Virus record (IMG/VR): IMGVR_UViG_3300020042_007950
Coordinates: 1-64,000 of that record
Source: a virus
Taxonomy: Duplodnaviria; Caudoviricetes
Length of the DNA stretch: 64,000 nucleotides
Direction: 5' to 3' (one strand)
Part shown: one piece after another, positions 1 to 9,153 of the stretch
Position numbering within the stretch: the first letter of the stretch is position 1
Layout of the letters: every line of letters begins with the position of its first letter
Program-made: the position numbers and the translations under genes
The notes under the pieces: generated by a model
Databases searched by the model: none
What the model saw: the letters and a program-made list of their open reading frames with translations, nothing else
What the model was told of the DNA's origin: nothing

Positions 1-1
1 G

Positions 2-127
2 ATACTTGCAAATGCACACCTAATCATTAACATAAAAAAAGACAGAGATGAAGTCATTGGTCGTATTTCTAGTGCTGATAACAATGAACGTGATCAGCTA
101 TGGGCAACTTACTCCCCAAAGGATTAA
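2..127 (+). CDS. C-terminal fragment of an upstream ORF (possible i-spanin/Rz-like), overlapping the next gene by 80 nt
   Basis: Frame 2 is open from the window edge (ILANAHLIINIKKDRDEVIGRISSADNNERDQLWATYSPKD*) to TAA at 125-127. Not in the ORF track. The spanin call is inferred from the overlap and context only. Confidence 0.45.
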   Translation: MLANAHLIINIKKDRDEVIGRISSADNNERDQLWATYSPKD

Positions 128-494
128 TTACAACAGCCAAGCTGGAGTATTCTTTACAACTAAGCAAGAGGAGCTACTGCTTAAGGCATTAGTAAACCTA
201 GATGCTTGTAAGAAAAGTGAATTCCTACTAAATCAAAACATTAATTCTTATGAAATAAGATTAGCCGATAAAGACTTAGCAATCAAGACATTAACTAACT
301 CATATGTTAAATCGGTAGATTCAAATAAAATAAACCTTGAGAAGATTGGGACACTACAGCTAGATGTCGACAACTTAAATCTTAACCTTGATAATACCAA
401 AGAGAAATTACGTACTTATAAGATTTCAACAGGAGTATTTGTATTCACTACTTCTCTATTCATTGCCACTACTATAGTTGCAGTTTTTAAGTAA
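48..494 (+). CDS. Exported coiled-coil membrane protein, possibly spanin-like lysis accessory
   Basis: N-terminal signal peptide ending SYG-Q, heptad-rich middle, C-terminal hydrophobic helix ISTGVFVFTTSLFIATTIVAVF. Confidence 0.5.
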   Translation: MKSLVVFLVLITMNVISYGQLTPQRINYNSQAGVFFTTKQEELLLKALVNLDACKKSEFLLNQNINSYEIRLADKDLAIKTLTNSYVKSVDSNKINLEKIGTLQLDVDNLNLNLDNTKEKLRTYKISTGVFVFTTSLFIATTIVAVFK

Positions 495-498
495 AAGA

Positions 499-529
499 TT
501 TGGTTATATAAGATTCCTTGTTATATTTG
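499..529 (+). promoter_or_regulatory. Bacteroidota sigma70-type promoter (-33 TTTG, 19-nt spacer, -7 TATATTTG) upstream of groES
   Basis: TTTG at 499-502 and TATATTTG at 522-529 match the established TTTG-N19-21-TAnnTTTG consensus. Confidence 0.75.
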
Positions 530-550
530 CATCAAGCAAACTAATAACAA

Positions 551-823
551 ATGGAAAATTTTAATTTTAAACCAACCCGTGATTGGTTGGTAGTCCCAAA
601 GCCGGACAAAAAAGTAACTGATGCAGGTATCATCCTGTCAGAAAAATCAGCATCTGCACTTCGTTCTAACGTACTTCCTGTACTAGCTGCAGGACCAGAT
701 TGCAAATGCAAGCCTGGAGATGTTGTATACATCCACCCAGCAAGTGACGGAGTAATCATTGAAATTAATGGCAATGACTATGTTATGATTAACGAGTCAA
801 TGGCTGTATTAGGGGTAATGTAA
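551..823 (+). CDS. groES: GroES/Cpn10-like co-chaperonin
   Basis: KPTRDWLVV..K.TDAGIIL mobile loop, VLAAGP, KPGDVV and NGNDYVMINES follow the Cpn10 pattern; 90 aa. Confidence 0.85.
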   Translation: MENFNFKPTRDWLVVPKPDKKVTDAGIILSEKSASALRSNVLPVLAAGPDCKCKPGDVVYIHPASDGVIIEINGNDYVMINESMAVLGVM

Positions 824-1083
824 TGAACGGAACAGTCACTCTATCACTAGAGGACTATCATGCTCTTAGAGATGCTTCCCCAAATCTCCAATCATTAAAG
901 AAAGATATACTTCAAGCTACTAAAGAGATTGAAGTATTTCTTACTTTCTTGGTTACACGAGAAAATATTGACGAACATCTTGAGGAGTTTAATAGTTACT
1001 CTAAAACTTGCAAAGTGCACATCGTAGATGGTCGTGCAAAAATCCAACTAATCAAACTTAAAGAAGACGATGAGGAAGTTTAA
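823..1083 (+). CDS. Hypothetical protein (86 aa)
   Basis: TAATG stop/start coupling to groES; protein-like composition. Confidence 0.7.
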   Translation: MNGTVTLSLEDYHALRDASPNLQSLKKDILQATKEIEVFLTFLVTRENIDEHLEEFNSYSKTCKVHIVDGRAKIQLIKLKEDDEEV

Positions 1084-1381
1084 TATTAAAACAGACACTA
1101 CGTTAAAATTCTTACAAGTGTTTAATGGAATTCTAGAATTAACAGACACAGAGCTTAGAATTCTAGCTAGCTTCATTGACAACAGTGAGACTGTTAACCT
1201 ATGTTCTCCTGCTAACAAGAAAAAGATAGCAGAGCTTATGGAAATTAAAGACCACAATACTTTAAACAATTATGTTAAAAGATTGAAGGACAAAGGAGCT
1301 ATTGTACAAACTAAAAATGGGTATGAACTTTCCCCATTACTTAAAAAAGAGCAGGTACAAATCAACATACTGCCTGTATGA
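1070..1381 (+). CDS. Winged helix-turn-helix DNA-binding protein
   Basis: LTDTELRILA...KKKIAELMEIKDHNTLNNYVKRLKDKGAI..TKNGYEL has the wHTH helix-turn-helix-wing pattern. Confidence 0.7.
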   Translation: MRKFNIKTDTTLKFLQVFNGILELTDTELRILASFIDNSETVNLCSPANKKKIAELMEIKDHNTLNNYVKRLKDKGAIVQTKNGYELSPLLKKEQVQINILPV

Positions 1382-1518
1382 TCCCAACAATAGTAACCAG
1401 TAGCAAAGTAGTTACGTACTTCTACATGGATTCTATAAGATTAGGGGTTGTACAAAACGGAAAAGGGAAAGTAGAATTACTTGAAATAATTTTTGAAGAT
1501 GAGCAAACTACCGAGTAA
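1378..1518 (+). CDS. Small hypothetical protein (46 aa), below the ORF-track cutoff
   Basis: ATGA overlap with the wHTH stop; translates MIPTIVTSSKVVTYFYMDSIRLGVVQNGKGKVELLEIIFEDEQTTE*; fills the gap exactly. Confidence 0.55.
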   Translation: MIPTIVTSSKVVTYFYMDSIRLGVVQNGKGKVELLEIIFEDEQTTE

Positions 1519-1783
1519 ATTTCAAATGGCAAAAAACTTAATGTCTGCAGTTGCTACACACGTAGCCACAGGTGCCGAGCATGTTACAAGTCAAAAGTAT
1601 GAAAAAAGATTAGAAGCTTGTAACTCTTGCCCAAATTTAGTAGATAATAAACAATGTGGCTTATGTGGCTGCTTTGTAGAAACAAAAGCTAAATGGGCTT
1701 CAAGCACTTGTCCAGATAATCCTCAAAGATGGGATAGATATGTAGTTGGAAAAAATGGGAAGAAAATAAACTTGACTAAATGA
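1499..1783 (+). CDS. Cys-rich putative zinc-binding protein
   Basis: CNSC...CGLCGC...C motif; ATG at 1499 preferred over the TTG at 1493. Confidence 0.7.
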   Translation: MSKLPSKFQMAKNLMSAVATHVATGAEHVTSQKYEKRLEACNSCPNLVDNKQCGLCGCFVETKAKWASSTCPDNPQRWDRYVVGKNGKKINLTK

Positions 1784-2013
1784 AGGAGAAAATAATTATC
1801 CAAAAACTTGCAAACAAGTTTAACTTACCACTTGCCAAGATAGAGGAGATTATCTACCATCAGTTTAAGTATACAGCCAAAATCATGAAAGATGGCAACT
1901 TTCAATCTGTAAGGCTTCCATATTTTGGAAAATTTCATGCAAAAAAGACACGAATTGCTTACCTAAATGAGCTAACAAGAAAGAAAAATGAAAGACTTGC
2001 TAACGGTAAATAA
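1780..2013 (+). CDS. HU/IHF-like DNA-binding protein
   Basis: IIQKLANKFNLPLAKIEEII...SVRLPYFGKF resembles the HU/IHF N-terminal helices and the LxGFGxF strand. Confidence 0.7.
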   Translation: MKEKIIIQKLANKFNLPLAKIEEIIYHQFKYTAKIMKDGNFQSVRLPYFGKFHAKKTRIAYLNELTRKKNERLANGK

Positions 2014-2485
2014 TAACTTAGTCATACCATCAGTGTATGCTATGACAATCTCGGAATTTGAGAAACTATCTATCAAAGAGCTAAGCTTTGTCTTCTTTTA
2101 TGCTGACCACAGATCAAGTTACTCTGCATATGACGACGAAGAACGTCAAGCAAAACTAGAAGAAGACTTAAAAGTAAAAGTCAACCCAAAATTAGCAGGG
2201 GCCGTAAAAAAATACCAAGAGTTATCAGAAACCCACGGGATAAAACTATTAAAAGCAGCTAGATCTTCCGTAAACAAGCTTGAGAAATACTTTCAAAACA
2301 TTGACTTAACTGCTATGGATGCACATGGTAAGCTTCTTTACCAAGCAAAAGACTTAGTTGCTAATTTATCTAAGGTTGGGGAGGTTGTAGAAGGCTTAGA
2401 CAGGCTAGAAGAACTAGTTCAAAAACAACAAGCTAAAGATAACCCTAACAGAGCAGGGGTAAAAACAAACAAGTACAGTGAGTAA
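1988..2485 (+). CDS. Putative terminase small subunit
   Basis: 165-aa helical protein directly overlapping terL; assigned by position. Confidence 0.55.
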   Translation: MKDLLTVNNNLVIPSVYAMTISEFEKLSIKELSFVFFYADHRSSYSAYDDEERQAKLEEDLKVKVNPKLAGAVKKYQELSETHGIKLLKAARSSVNKLEKYFQNIDLTAMDAHGKLLYQAKDLVANLSKVGEVVEGLDRLEELVQKQQAKDNPNRAGVKTNKYSE

Positions 2486-4451
2486 GCTTAAAGACACCCA
2501 TTTATTTGCCCCGGCCGCTGCCCATTACATTGAGCATGACTTTTATACTGCTGCTTTACCTGGAACAAAGCAATACTATGAGTACTGGGATACCGAGCAG
2601 TTCAGGTGCATGCACGGGTACGAGGTTAATGGGGTAAAGATTTCTGGATTCCACTACTTTTACTTAAATTATTGCCCAATAGATAGAATTATAGATGAAG
2701 AACAACCTGATGGTGAGATTATATCACGACGTGACCGAAGCTTTCCAGCATTTTATGACGGGGACCACGAATACTTCAGCTCAGTCGACAAAGCACGTAG
2801 AGACAACAAGCATCTTGTCGTCCTTAAAGCCCGTCGAAAAGGATTCTCCTACAAAGCTGCAGCTATGCTCTGCCGTAATTACTTCCATATTCGTAATTCT
2901 AAGAATTTTGTATTCGCTTCTGACAAACAGTATTTAACTGGGGATGGAATGCTCTCAAAAGCTTGGGACATTGTATCATTTGTAGACGATAACACAGCTT
3001 GGACCCAACCACGTTTGATTGACCGAGAGATGCACAAGCAATCTGGGTACAAGAAGAATGTAAACGGGGCCGATGTAACTCTTGGATTTAAATCACAAAT
3101 AATTGGAGTCAGCTTAAAGGATGATCCAGACAAAATCCGTGGTAAAGCAGGTGAACTAATCTTTTTTGAAGAAGCAGGTTCATTCTCAGGACTTTTAAAA
3201 GCTTGGGAGATAGCCATGCCTACAATGAGACAAGGATCTAAAACACTTGGTACAATGGTTGCCTTTGGAACAGGTGGAGAAGAGGGGCCAGGCTTTGAAG
3301 GTATGGAAGAATTGTTCTATCACCCCGAAGCTTATGACTGTCTTTCATTTGATAACGACTGGGATGCTGGGGCCATGGGTACTCAGTGTGGATATTTTGT
3401 CCCAATCTACAAAAACTTAGATGGATTCATCGATAAAGATGGAAACAGTTTGATTGATGAGGCAATGGCCTATGAAGAAGCTCAAAGAGAAAAGAAAAAG
3501 AAAGGTAACGACCCAAAAGCTTTTGACCAGTACATTGCAGAGATGCCATTTACCCCACAAGAGGCTACACTTCAAGTTACTGCAAATACATTTGACACTG
3601 CTTCATTAAAAGAGCAATATAATCGTGTAATTGCAAACGGTTTAGAGAAGATCGGAGTAATTGGGGAAATGCTATACGATTCTGCAGGTAAAGTTAAGTT
3701 TAGACCTGATGCAAATCTTAAACCTATTGTCAAATTCCCACACAGGAAAGATGATAACTTAACTGGGGGAGTGGTAATCTACGAAGCCCCATACAGAACT
3801 GAAGTTGAAGAATACATTCCAAAAAATTTATACGTAGTATGCCATGACCCATATGCTCAAGGAAAATCTGCATCGGCTACATCTTTGGGTGCTGCTTATG
3901 TCATCAAAGTTCCGAACAATGTTTCTAAACCTGATGATATTATTGTGGCTTCGTATGTCGGAAGACCGCAGTCACAAGATGAATACAATAGAAATTTATT
4001 TATGCTGGCTGAATACTACAATGCAAAAATTGGTTTTGAAAATGACCGAGGAGAAGTTATTGCCTATGCTAAAAGGTTCAGAAAAATGCATATCTTACAA
4101 GAAGAGTTCGAAATGCTGGATAAAAGAGAGCTTAGAAGCAAAACGGTAAAACGACAGTACGGTATGCACATGACCGAGCAACGTAAAGCTCAAGGTGAAT
4201 TATACATCAGAGATTGGTTAGTTAGCGGTAGAGGTACCAACGAGGATGGAGAGATGACTCTCAATATGCACAAAATTTATGACCCAGCTCTCTTGCTAGA
4301 ATTGATTAAGTTTAACAGAACTGGTAACTTTGACCGAGCCATGGCACTTATGATTGGGATGTACCACACCAGGGAATTATACAACAAAGAGCTAAAGCTA
4401 GATGACAGAGATAACTCCACAAATGACTGGTTTGATAAAAACTACGAATAA
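2478..4451 (+). CDS. terL: Terminase large subunit
   Basis: Walker A-like LKARRKGFS, Walker B IFFEEAG, coupling motif FGTGG, nuclease-domain CHDPY and FDRAMAL. Confidence 0.95.
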   Translation: MSKLKDTHLFAPAAAHYIEHDFYTAALPGTKQYYEYWDTEQFRCMHGYEVNGVKISGFHYFYLNYCPIDRIIDEEQPDGEIISRRDRSFPAFYDGDHEYFSSVDKARRDNKHLVVLKARRKGFSYKAAAMLCRNYFHIRNSKNFVFASDKQYLTGDGMLSKAWDIVSFVDDNTAWTQPRLIDREMHKQSGYKKNVNGADVTLGFKSQIIGVSLKDDPDKIRGKAGELIFFEEAGSFSGLLKAWEIAMPTMRQGSKTLGTMVAFGTGGEEGPGFEGMEELFYHPEAYDCLSFDNDWDAGAMGTQCGYFVPIYKNLDGFIDKDGNSLIDEAMAYEEAQREKKKKGNDPKAFDQYIAEMPFTPQEATLQVTANTFDTASLKEQYNRVIANGLEKIGVIGEMLYDSAGKVKFRPDANLKPIVKFPHRKDDNLTGGVVIYEAPYRTEVEEYIPKNLYVVCHDPYAQGKSASATSLGAAYVIKVPNNVSKPDDIIVASYVGRPQSQDEYNRNLFMLAEYYNAKIGFENDRGEVIAYAKRFRKMHILQEEFEMLDKRELRSKTVKRQYGMHMTEQRKAQGELYIRDWLVSGRGTNEDGEMTLNMHKIYDPALLLELIKFNRTGNFDRAMALMIGMYHTRELYNKELKLDDRDNSTNDWFDKNYE

Positions 4452-4515
4452 AGTGGGATAAATATAACAACGAAGGAAAAAATAGATTAATTTAGCTTGT
4501 CTGATTTTTCGAACC

Positions 4516-4523
4516 TAATTTTG
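4516..4523 (+). promoter_or_regulatory. -7 box TAATTTTG, 5 nt before the portal ATG
   Basis: Exact TAnnTTTG match in the intergenic region. Confidence 0.6.
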
Positions 4524-4528
4524 TATTA

Positions 4529-6745
4529 ATGTACGGACAAGCCCATATACCTAAACAACGAATTCCACTCACCCAGAAGGATGACAAGTGGAGAAAGGAT
4601 TGTGTAGATGCATTCATCAACTTATCCAAATTTGGTATAAGTGAACGTCGCAGCTACCTTAAATCTCTGTACGATTATTACAATGGAGTAATCGACGAAG
4701 AGGATTACAACTATGTACTTAAGCCGTACGGAAAAACTCGAAAGAACTTTCCGTCTAAGATGAGAAACTACCCTATCATTAAGCCAATCATTGATTTATT
4801 GCTAGGAGAAAAATCTAAACGTCCTTTAGAATACACAGTTACAGTTCAAAATGCAGACTCTGTAAGTTTAAAAGAAGAAGCTCTTAAAAATCTTCTACTT
4901 CAAAATGTTAAATCACACTTTATTCAAGAACTTGCTAGACAAGGTGAAATGGAAATGCCAGAAGGGCAAGAAGAGCCACCACTTCCAAAGCAAATTCAAG
5001 AAGAGTTTAACAGAAGTTACGTAGACCAAAGAGCAATCAGTGGACAAGCTGCCCTTAACTACATTATGTATTTCAATGAAATATATGACAAGTTACAAAA
5101 GCAATGGTTCCACTTCTTGGTAACAGGAGAATGTTACTCACACAAGGGTGTACGTCGTAACGAACCTTTCTACGATGTAGTTAACCCATTGGATGTTGAC
5201 TACGATAAAGATCCAGACATTGACTTTGTAGAAGATGGAGATTGGTCAATTATCAGAAAATTTTCACATGCCTCTACAGTAGTAGATGTATATGGAGAGT
5301 TTTTATCAGATGATCAAATTTTAGAATTAGAAAATCCTACTCACACTTCTGCAGAAGCATACCTTTTGTATCGTTCAGAAGCATCAGGAGCAGATGACAA
5401 TATCTACCGTAACCGTCTTACAGAAGTAGTGCAAGTATATTGGAAATCTCGTAAAAGAATAGGCTTTGTTACTTACATGGATCCTGAAACAGGGAGTGAA
5501 GAAACATTTGACGTGGCAGAAGGATACAAGTTAACTCCAGAGTTAAAAGAATTAGGTGCAAAGATGGAGTGGGAGTGGGTAAACGAAGTTTGGGAGGGTA
5601 CTCGTATCGATAGAAGATTCTATCTTAATATTCGTCCATGCTTAAACCAAAGAAACAGCTTAGACAATCCGTCCATTTGCAAACTTCCAATTAACGGAAG
5701 AAAGTATTCTGATATTAATTCCCAAAACATATCTCTTGTAACTTTAGGTATTCCATACCAGCTAAATTACAACATTTATAAATACCGTCTCGAATTAGCT
5801 ATAGCTAGATCAAAAGATATTATAGCTCAGTTCGATATTAACATGATCCCAAAGAACTGGGACATGGACAAGTTTATGTACTATGTAGAAGGTACAGGTA
5901 TTGCTTGGGTTGACTACAACAAAGAAGGAATTCAATTATCTCCTCAGCACCAATCAGTACTTGACATGTCTATCAAGACAATCTCTCAATACCTTACCCT
6001 CTTAGAATCTATCATGGTTGAGTGGGAAAAAGTAAGTGGGGTAACAAGACAACGTCAGGGACAAATGGGAACTTACGAAGGTAAGTCTACATCTCAACAA
6101 TCTATCGTACAGTCTTCTCACATTACAGAAGACATCTTCCGTAAGTTTAGCTATTTTGAAGAAAGAGAGTTACGTGGATTACTTGATTACTCTAAAGAAG
6201 CTTGGGCCAAAGGAAAGAAAGCAATGTACGTTATGCCTGACAATACTCTAGCTAACGTAGACGTAGATCCTATGACTCACATGGAAACTGAATACGGAAT
6301 CTTTGTAACTGATGCAGGTAAAGATCTTGAGAAAAAGCAAAAGATAGAAGGACTAGCTCAGGCAGCAGTTCAAAATGGTCTTCCACTTTCTGCAGCTATA
6401 TCTATGTTTGAATCAGACAGTTTAAGTCAGATTAAAGACAAAATTGTGCAGGCTGAAAAAGCTCAAGAGCAATTACAACAAGCTCAGCAACAAGCAGAGC
6501 AAGAAGCTAAACAACAAGATATGCAACTTAGACAGCAAGCCATGGAAATGGAGCAGCTTAATAAAGAAAAAGACCGTCAAGTTGAAATTGAAGTTGCTCT
6601 TATTCAAGCAGAAACTGCAGAACAAAATGCATCAACTAATCTTCAAAAAATGATGCAAGACTTTCAACTTAAACAACAAGATCTAGCAATCAAAGAAAAA
6701 GCAATTGATGCTAAATCACAAACCATAAATAATACTCCACAATAA
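4529..6745 (+). CDS. Portal protein
   Basis: 738 aa directly after terL; NYPIIKPIIDLLLGE, YQLNYNIYKY, GVTRQRQGQ; Gln-rich coiled-coil C-terminus typical of crAss-like portals. Confidence 0.9.
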   Translation: MYGQAHIPKQRIPLTQKDDKWRKDCVDAFINLSKFGISERRSYLKSLYDYYNGVIDEEDYNYVLKPYGKTRKNFPSKMRNYPIIKPIIDLLLGEKSKRPLEYTVTVQNADSVSLKEEALKNLLLQNVKSHFIQELARQGEMEMPEGQEEPPLPKQIQEEFNRSYVDQRAISGQAALNYIMYFNEIYDKLQKQWFHFLVTGECYSHKGVRRNEPFYDVVNPLDVDYDKDPDIDFVEDGDWSIIRKFSHASTVVDVYGEFLSDDQILELENPTHTSAEAYLLYRSEASGADDNIYRNRLTEVVQVYWKSRKRIGFVTYMDPETGSEETFDVAEGYKLTPELKELGAKMEWEWVNEVWEGTRIDRRFYLNIRPCLNQRNSLDNPSICKLPINGRKYSDINSQNISLVTLGIPYQLNYNIYKYRLELAIARSKDIIAQFDINMIPKNWDMDKFMYYVEGTGIAWVDYNKEGIQLSPQHQSVLDMSIKTISQYLTLLESIMVEWEKVSGVTRQRQGQMGTYEGKSTSQQSIVQSSHITEDIFRKFSYFEERELRGLLDYSKEAWAKGKKAMYVMPDNTLANVDVDPMTHMETEYGIFVTDAGKDLEKKQKIEGLAQAAVQNGLPLSAAISMFESDSLSQIKDKIVQAEKAQEQLQQAQQQAEQEAKQQDMQLRQQAMEMEQLNKEKDRQVEIEVALIQAETAEQNASTNLQKMMQDFQLKQQDLAIKEKAIDAKSQTINNTPQ

Positions 6746-7170
6746 TGGGATACCTTGACAAACTAAAAGATTCAAAAAAGAAATCAAGCATTCCAGGCTT
6801 AGTTGTGGAGATGCTAGATGCAGCACTTAAGTTTCACATCCTTCATTTAACTGTAACAGGTCCTGGAAGTTATGCAGCACACAAAGCATTAAACGAATTA
6901 TATGATGCTCTTCCTGACCTGGCAGACGGAATTGCTGAAAGCTATCAAGGAGCAACTGGAGAAATTCCAAAGTATCCTGCAGATATGCCTTCATACGTAT
7001 GTGCACCTGCAATGTCAAGTGTTAAAGAGGCACTTGTGTATATTGATGAGCTTCACGGTAAAATTTCAGACATACAAGACGTTAACTCTTTTTCTGAAAT
7101 TGATAACGAATTAGACAATGTAAAAGCTACATTGAACTCTGCTAAATACAAGCTTAAGTTCTTGTCTTAA
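6745..7170 (+). CDS. Ferritin-like (Dps/DUF5856-type) four-helix bundle protein
   Basis: HILHLTVTGPGSYAAHKALNELYD...DGIAESYQG parallels the Dps HWxVxG..F..H..xEELYD...DxIAE pattern. Confidence 0.7.
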   Translation: MGYLDKLKDSKKKSSIPGLVVEMLDAALKFHILHLTVTGPGSYAAHKALNELYDALPDLADGIAESYQGATGEIPKYPADMPSYVCAPAMSSVKEALVYIDELHGKISDIQDVNSFSEIDNELDNVKATLNSAKYKLKFLS

Positions 7171-7181
7171 ACTTTTAAATT

Positions 7182-9152
7182 ATGTTAGATAACCAAACTC
7201 GTAGGGAGCTTTTATCTAAGGCTCGTCAATCAGGATTTCCAGGAAGTATCTTGGATGTGTTTACTGCTTACGAGCAAGGTAAAGATTTAATTGGGGAATT
7301 CCAACAACAACAGCAGCAACAACAAGGTCAGCAAATGTCTGACATGGCTGCACAGCAATCTGGAATGATGCCTCCTGGGCAACAACCTCTTCCACAAGAA
7401 ATGCCTCAAGCTCCTACAGGGCCACCTCCGGGACTTCAAGGTCAAAGCCTTCCAAGCCCACCACCACCATCTAATCCTAACTTAGTAGACTCAACTCAAC
7501 AACAACCTGTTGGAATGTCAACTAATGCAAAAGGATCTGCAGGTGGGCAAGTGCTAATGGCTACTGGAGGATTTGTAGAAAAGTTTACAGACGACCAATA
7601 CAACAAGTTTAGTTCTCACTTCCCATTTTCTAAGGAACAACGTGGTTCTATTGCTCATAGAGCAACAGTAGAACACCCTGACCTTACAATGGTAAACCCT
7701 AAAAAATATGTATTTGGGGGATTAAAGTATGCATTAGGGGGGAAAGAAGATCCACCAGAAATGCCGTTTGGATTACCTCTTAAAGAACAAAACATATATA
7801 CCCTGCCAGAATATAATCAACCAAAAAATCCTAAAACTGGTGAAATTCTTCCAGATCCACAAAGGCCTAGCTTAGGTATGGGAACTGGTGCTACAGAATA
7901 TAAAATGACAGCAGGGTTTGAAGACGGTGATGTTGATATACCAACTATAGTTGCTGGTCAATATATTGGACAACGTGGTGCAGAAGATAGATACAGACTT
8001 ACCGGAGAAAGGTTTAAAACAATGGCTGACCCTGGAGCTTATAGCAAATTTTATGAGCAAACAGGAAGATTAGGTTTAATGCAAGAAAAAAGAAAAGGAG
8101 GTTTTAAATTTGAAACAGGTGGATTAGAAGGTGACCCACTTAAAAAAGGAAACATAGCTACTGCAGCTGATTCTAGTTATGTGGCTGCAGGTGCTGATGC
8201 ACCACACAATTTTTATAAAAAAGCCGGTTACACAGTTGTGCCTGCAGACCTTTCTAAGGATATCCGACCTTCAGAAATGTTTCAAGCTCTTGCTAACGAA
8301 AGAGAATTCATGTATAACGATCGAAATTCTCGTTCAAGATCGGCAAACTACTCCGACTATACAAATTATAAACCTGGTCAACATAGATTTGAGCAGAGAG
8401 AATTAACTACAGGTAATATAAATCTAAAAGCCCCTAGATCAAAATATGACGATAGAATTTTACCACAAGGCATAGTAACATATGCAGGTACTGGCAAAAA
8501 TGGGGATGTTGCAGAAGTTCCTAAATACGATAAACTTGCTGTAACTCCGTGGAAAGATCTTTCAGATGCAGAAAAATTAAAAAGACTTCAAAAATATGGA
8601 GGTAGTGGAACTCCTTATAAAGATAAAGCAAGTATTAAACAAGGTATTGAAGATTTAAAAAATCCAATGCCTCAACCTAAAATGAAAGAGCCTGGATTAC
8701 TACCTGTTCCAAAAATAGATTTACAGCTACAATTACAAAATACACAATCTCCTTACCAACCAGTAGATAGAGGAGAGTATTTTATAAAACCAAGTGGTAA
8801 CCCTGGTGTAGGAGTAATACACTATAAAAAAGATAACGGAGACGGAACTTATACTACTAAAGTAATTGGCCCATCATTAGCTAGAGATTGGTATAACGAT
8901 GCAGACCAAAAAATATTTGACGATAAAGATCCTAATACACGTGTTGGAGGCAGAGTAGATTATGATCCACGTGACCCAGATCAGAAAATATATCGTGACA
9001 TGCATGATGCTGTAATGGGACTTGAAAAAAATACCTCATCTGTGCAAGACAGTGCACAGGAAAGACTAAGATTAAGAAAAGAAAACGAAGCAAAACAAGG
9101 AGCTATTAAATTTGCTACTGGTGGTAAAAAACTTCTTAAAAAAAGAAAATAA
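7182..9152 (+). CDS. Mosaic putative internal virion/cargo protein with [F/Y]xxGG-delimited modules
   Basis: Gln/Pro-rich N-terminus; YVFGG, YALGG, FETGG, FATGG; lies between portal and scaffold. Function inferred from position. Confidence 0.6.
   Translation: MLDNQTRRELLSKARQSGFPGSILDVFTAYEQGKDLIGEFQQQQQQQQGQQMSDMAAQQSGMMPPGQQPLPQEMPQAPTGPPPGLQGQSLPSPPPPSNPNLVDSTQQQPVGMSTNAKGSAGGQVLMATGGFVEKFTDDQYNKFSSHFPFSKEQRGSIAHRATVEHPDLTMVNPKKYVFGGLKYALGGKEDPPEMPFGLPLKEQNIYTLPEYNQPKNPKTGEILPDPQRPSLGMGTGATEYKMTAGFEDGDVDIPTIVAGQYIGQRGAEDRYRLTGERFKTMADPGAYSKFYEQTGRLGLMQEKRKGGFKFETGGLEGDPLKKGNIATAADSSYVAAGADAPHNFYKKAGYTVVPADLSKDIRPSEMFQALANEREFMYNDRNSRSRSANYSDYTNYKPGQHRFEQRELTTGNINLKAPRSKYDDRILPQGIVTYAGTGKNGDVAEVPKYDKLAVTPWKDLSDAEKLKRLQKYGGSGTPYKDKASIKQGIEDLKNPMPQPKMKEPGLLPVPKIDLQLQLQNTQSPYQPVDRGEYFIKPSGNPGVGVIHYKKDNGDGTYTTKVIGPSLARDWYNDADQKIFDDKDPNTRVGGRVDYDPRDPDQKIYRDMHDAVMGLEKNTSSVQDSAQERLRLRKENEAKQGAIKFATGGKKLLKKRK
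7302..7325 (+). repeat. (CAA/CAG)8 poly-Gln tract
   Basis: caa caa caa cag cag caa caa caa in frame. Confidence 0.8.
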
Positions 9153-9153
9153 C

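Noticed and set aside
3261-3281. FGTGG in TerL (and isolated FNKGG, YAPGG, FINGG, YRKGG elsewhere) as members of the GG-motif system
   Set aside because: Single occurrences inside folded domains; the TerL one is part of the ATPase coupling motif. Treated as background.
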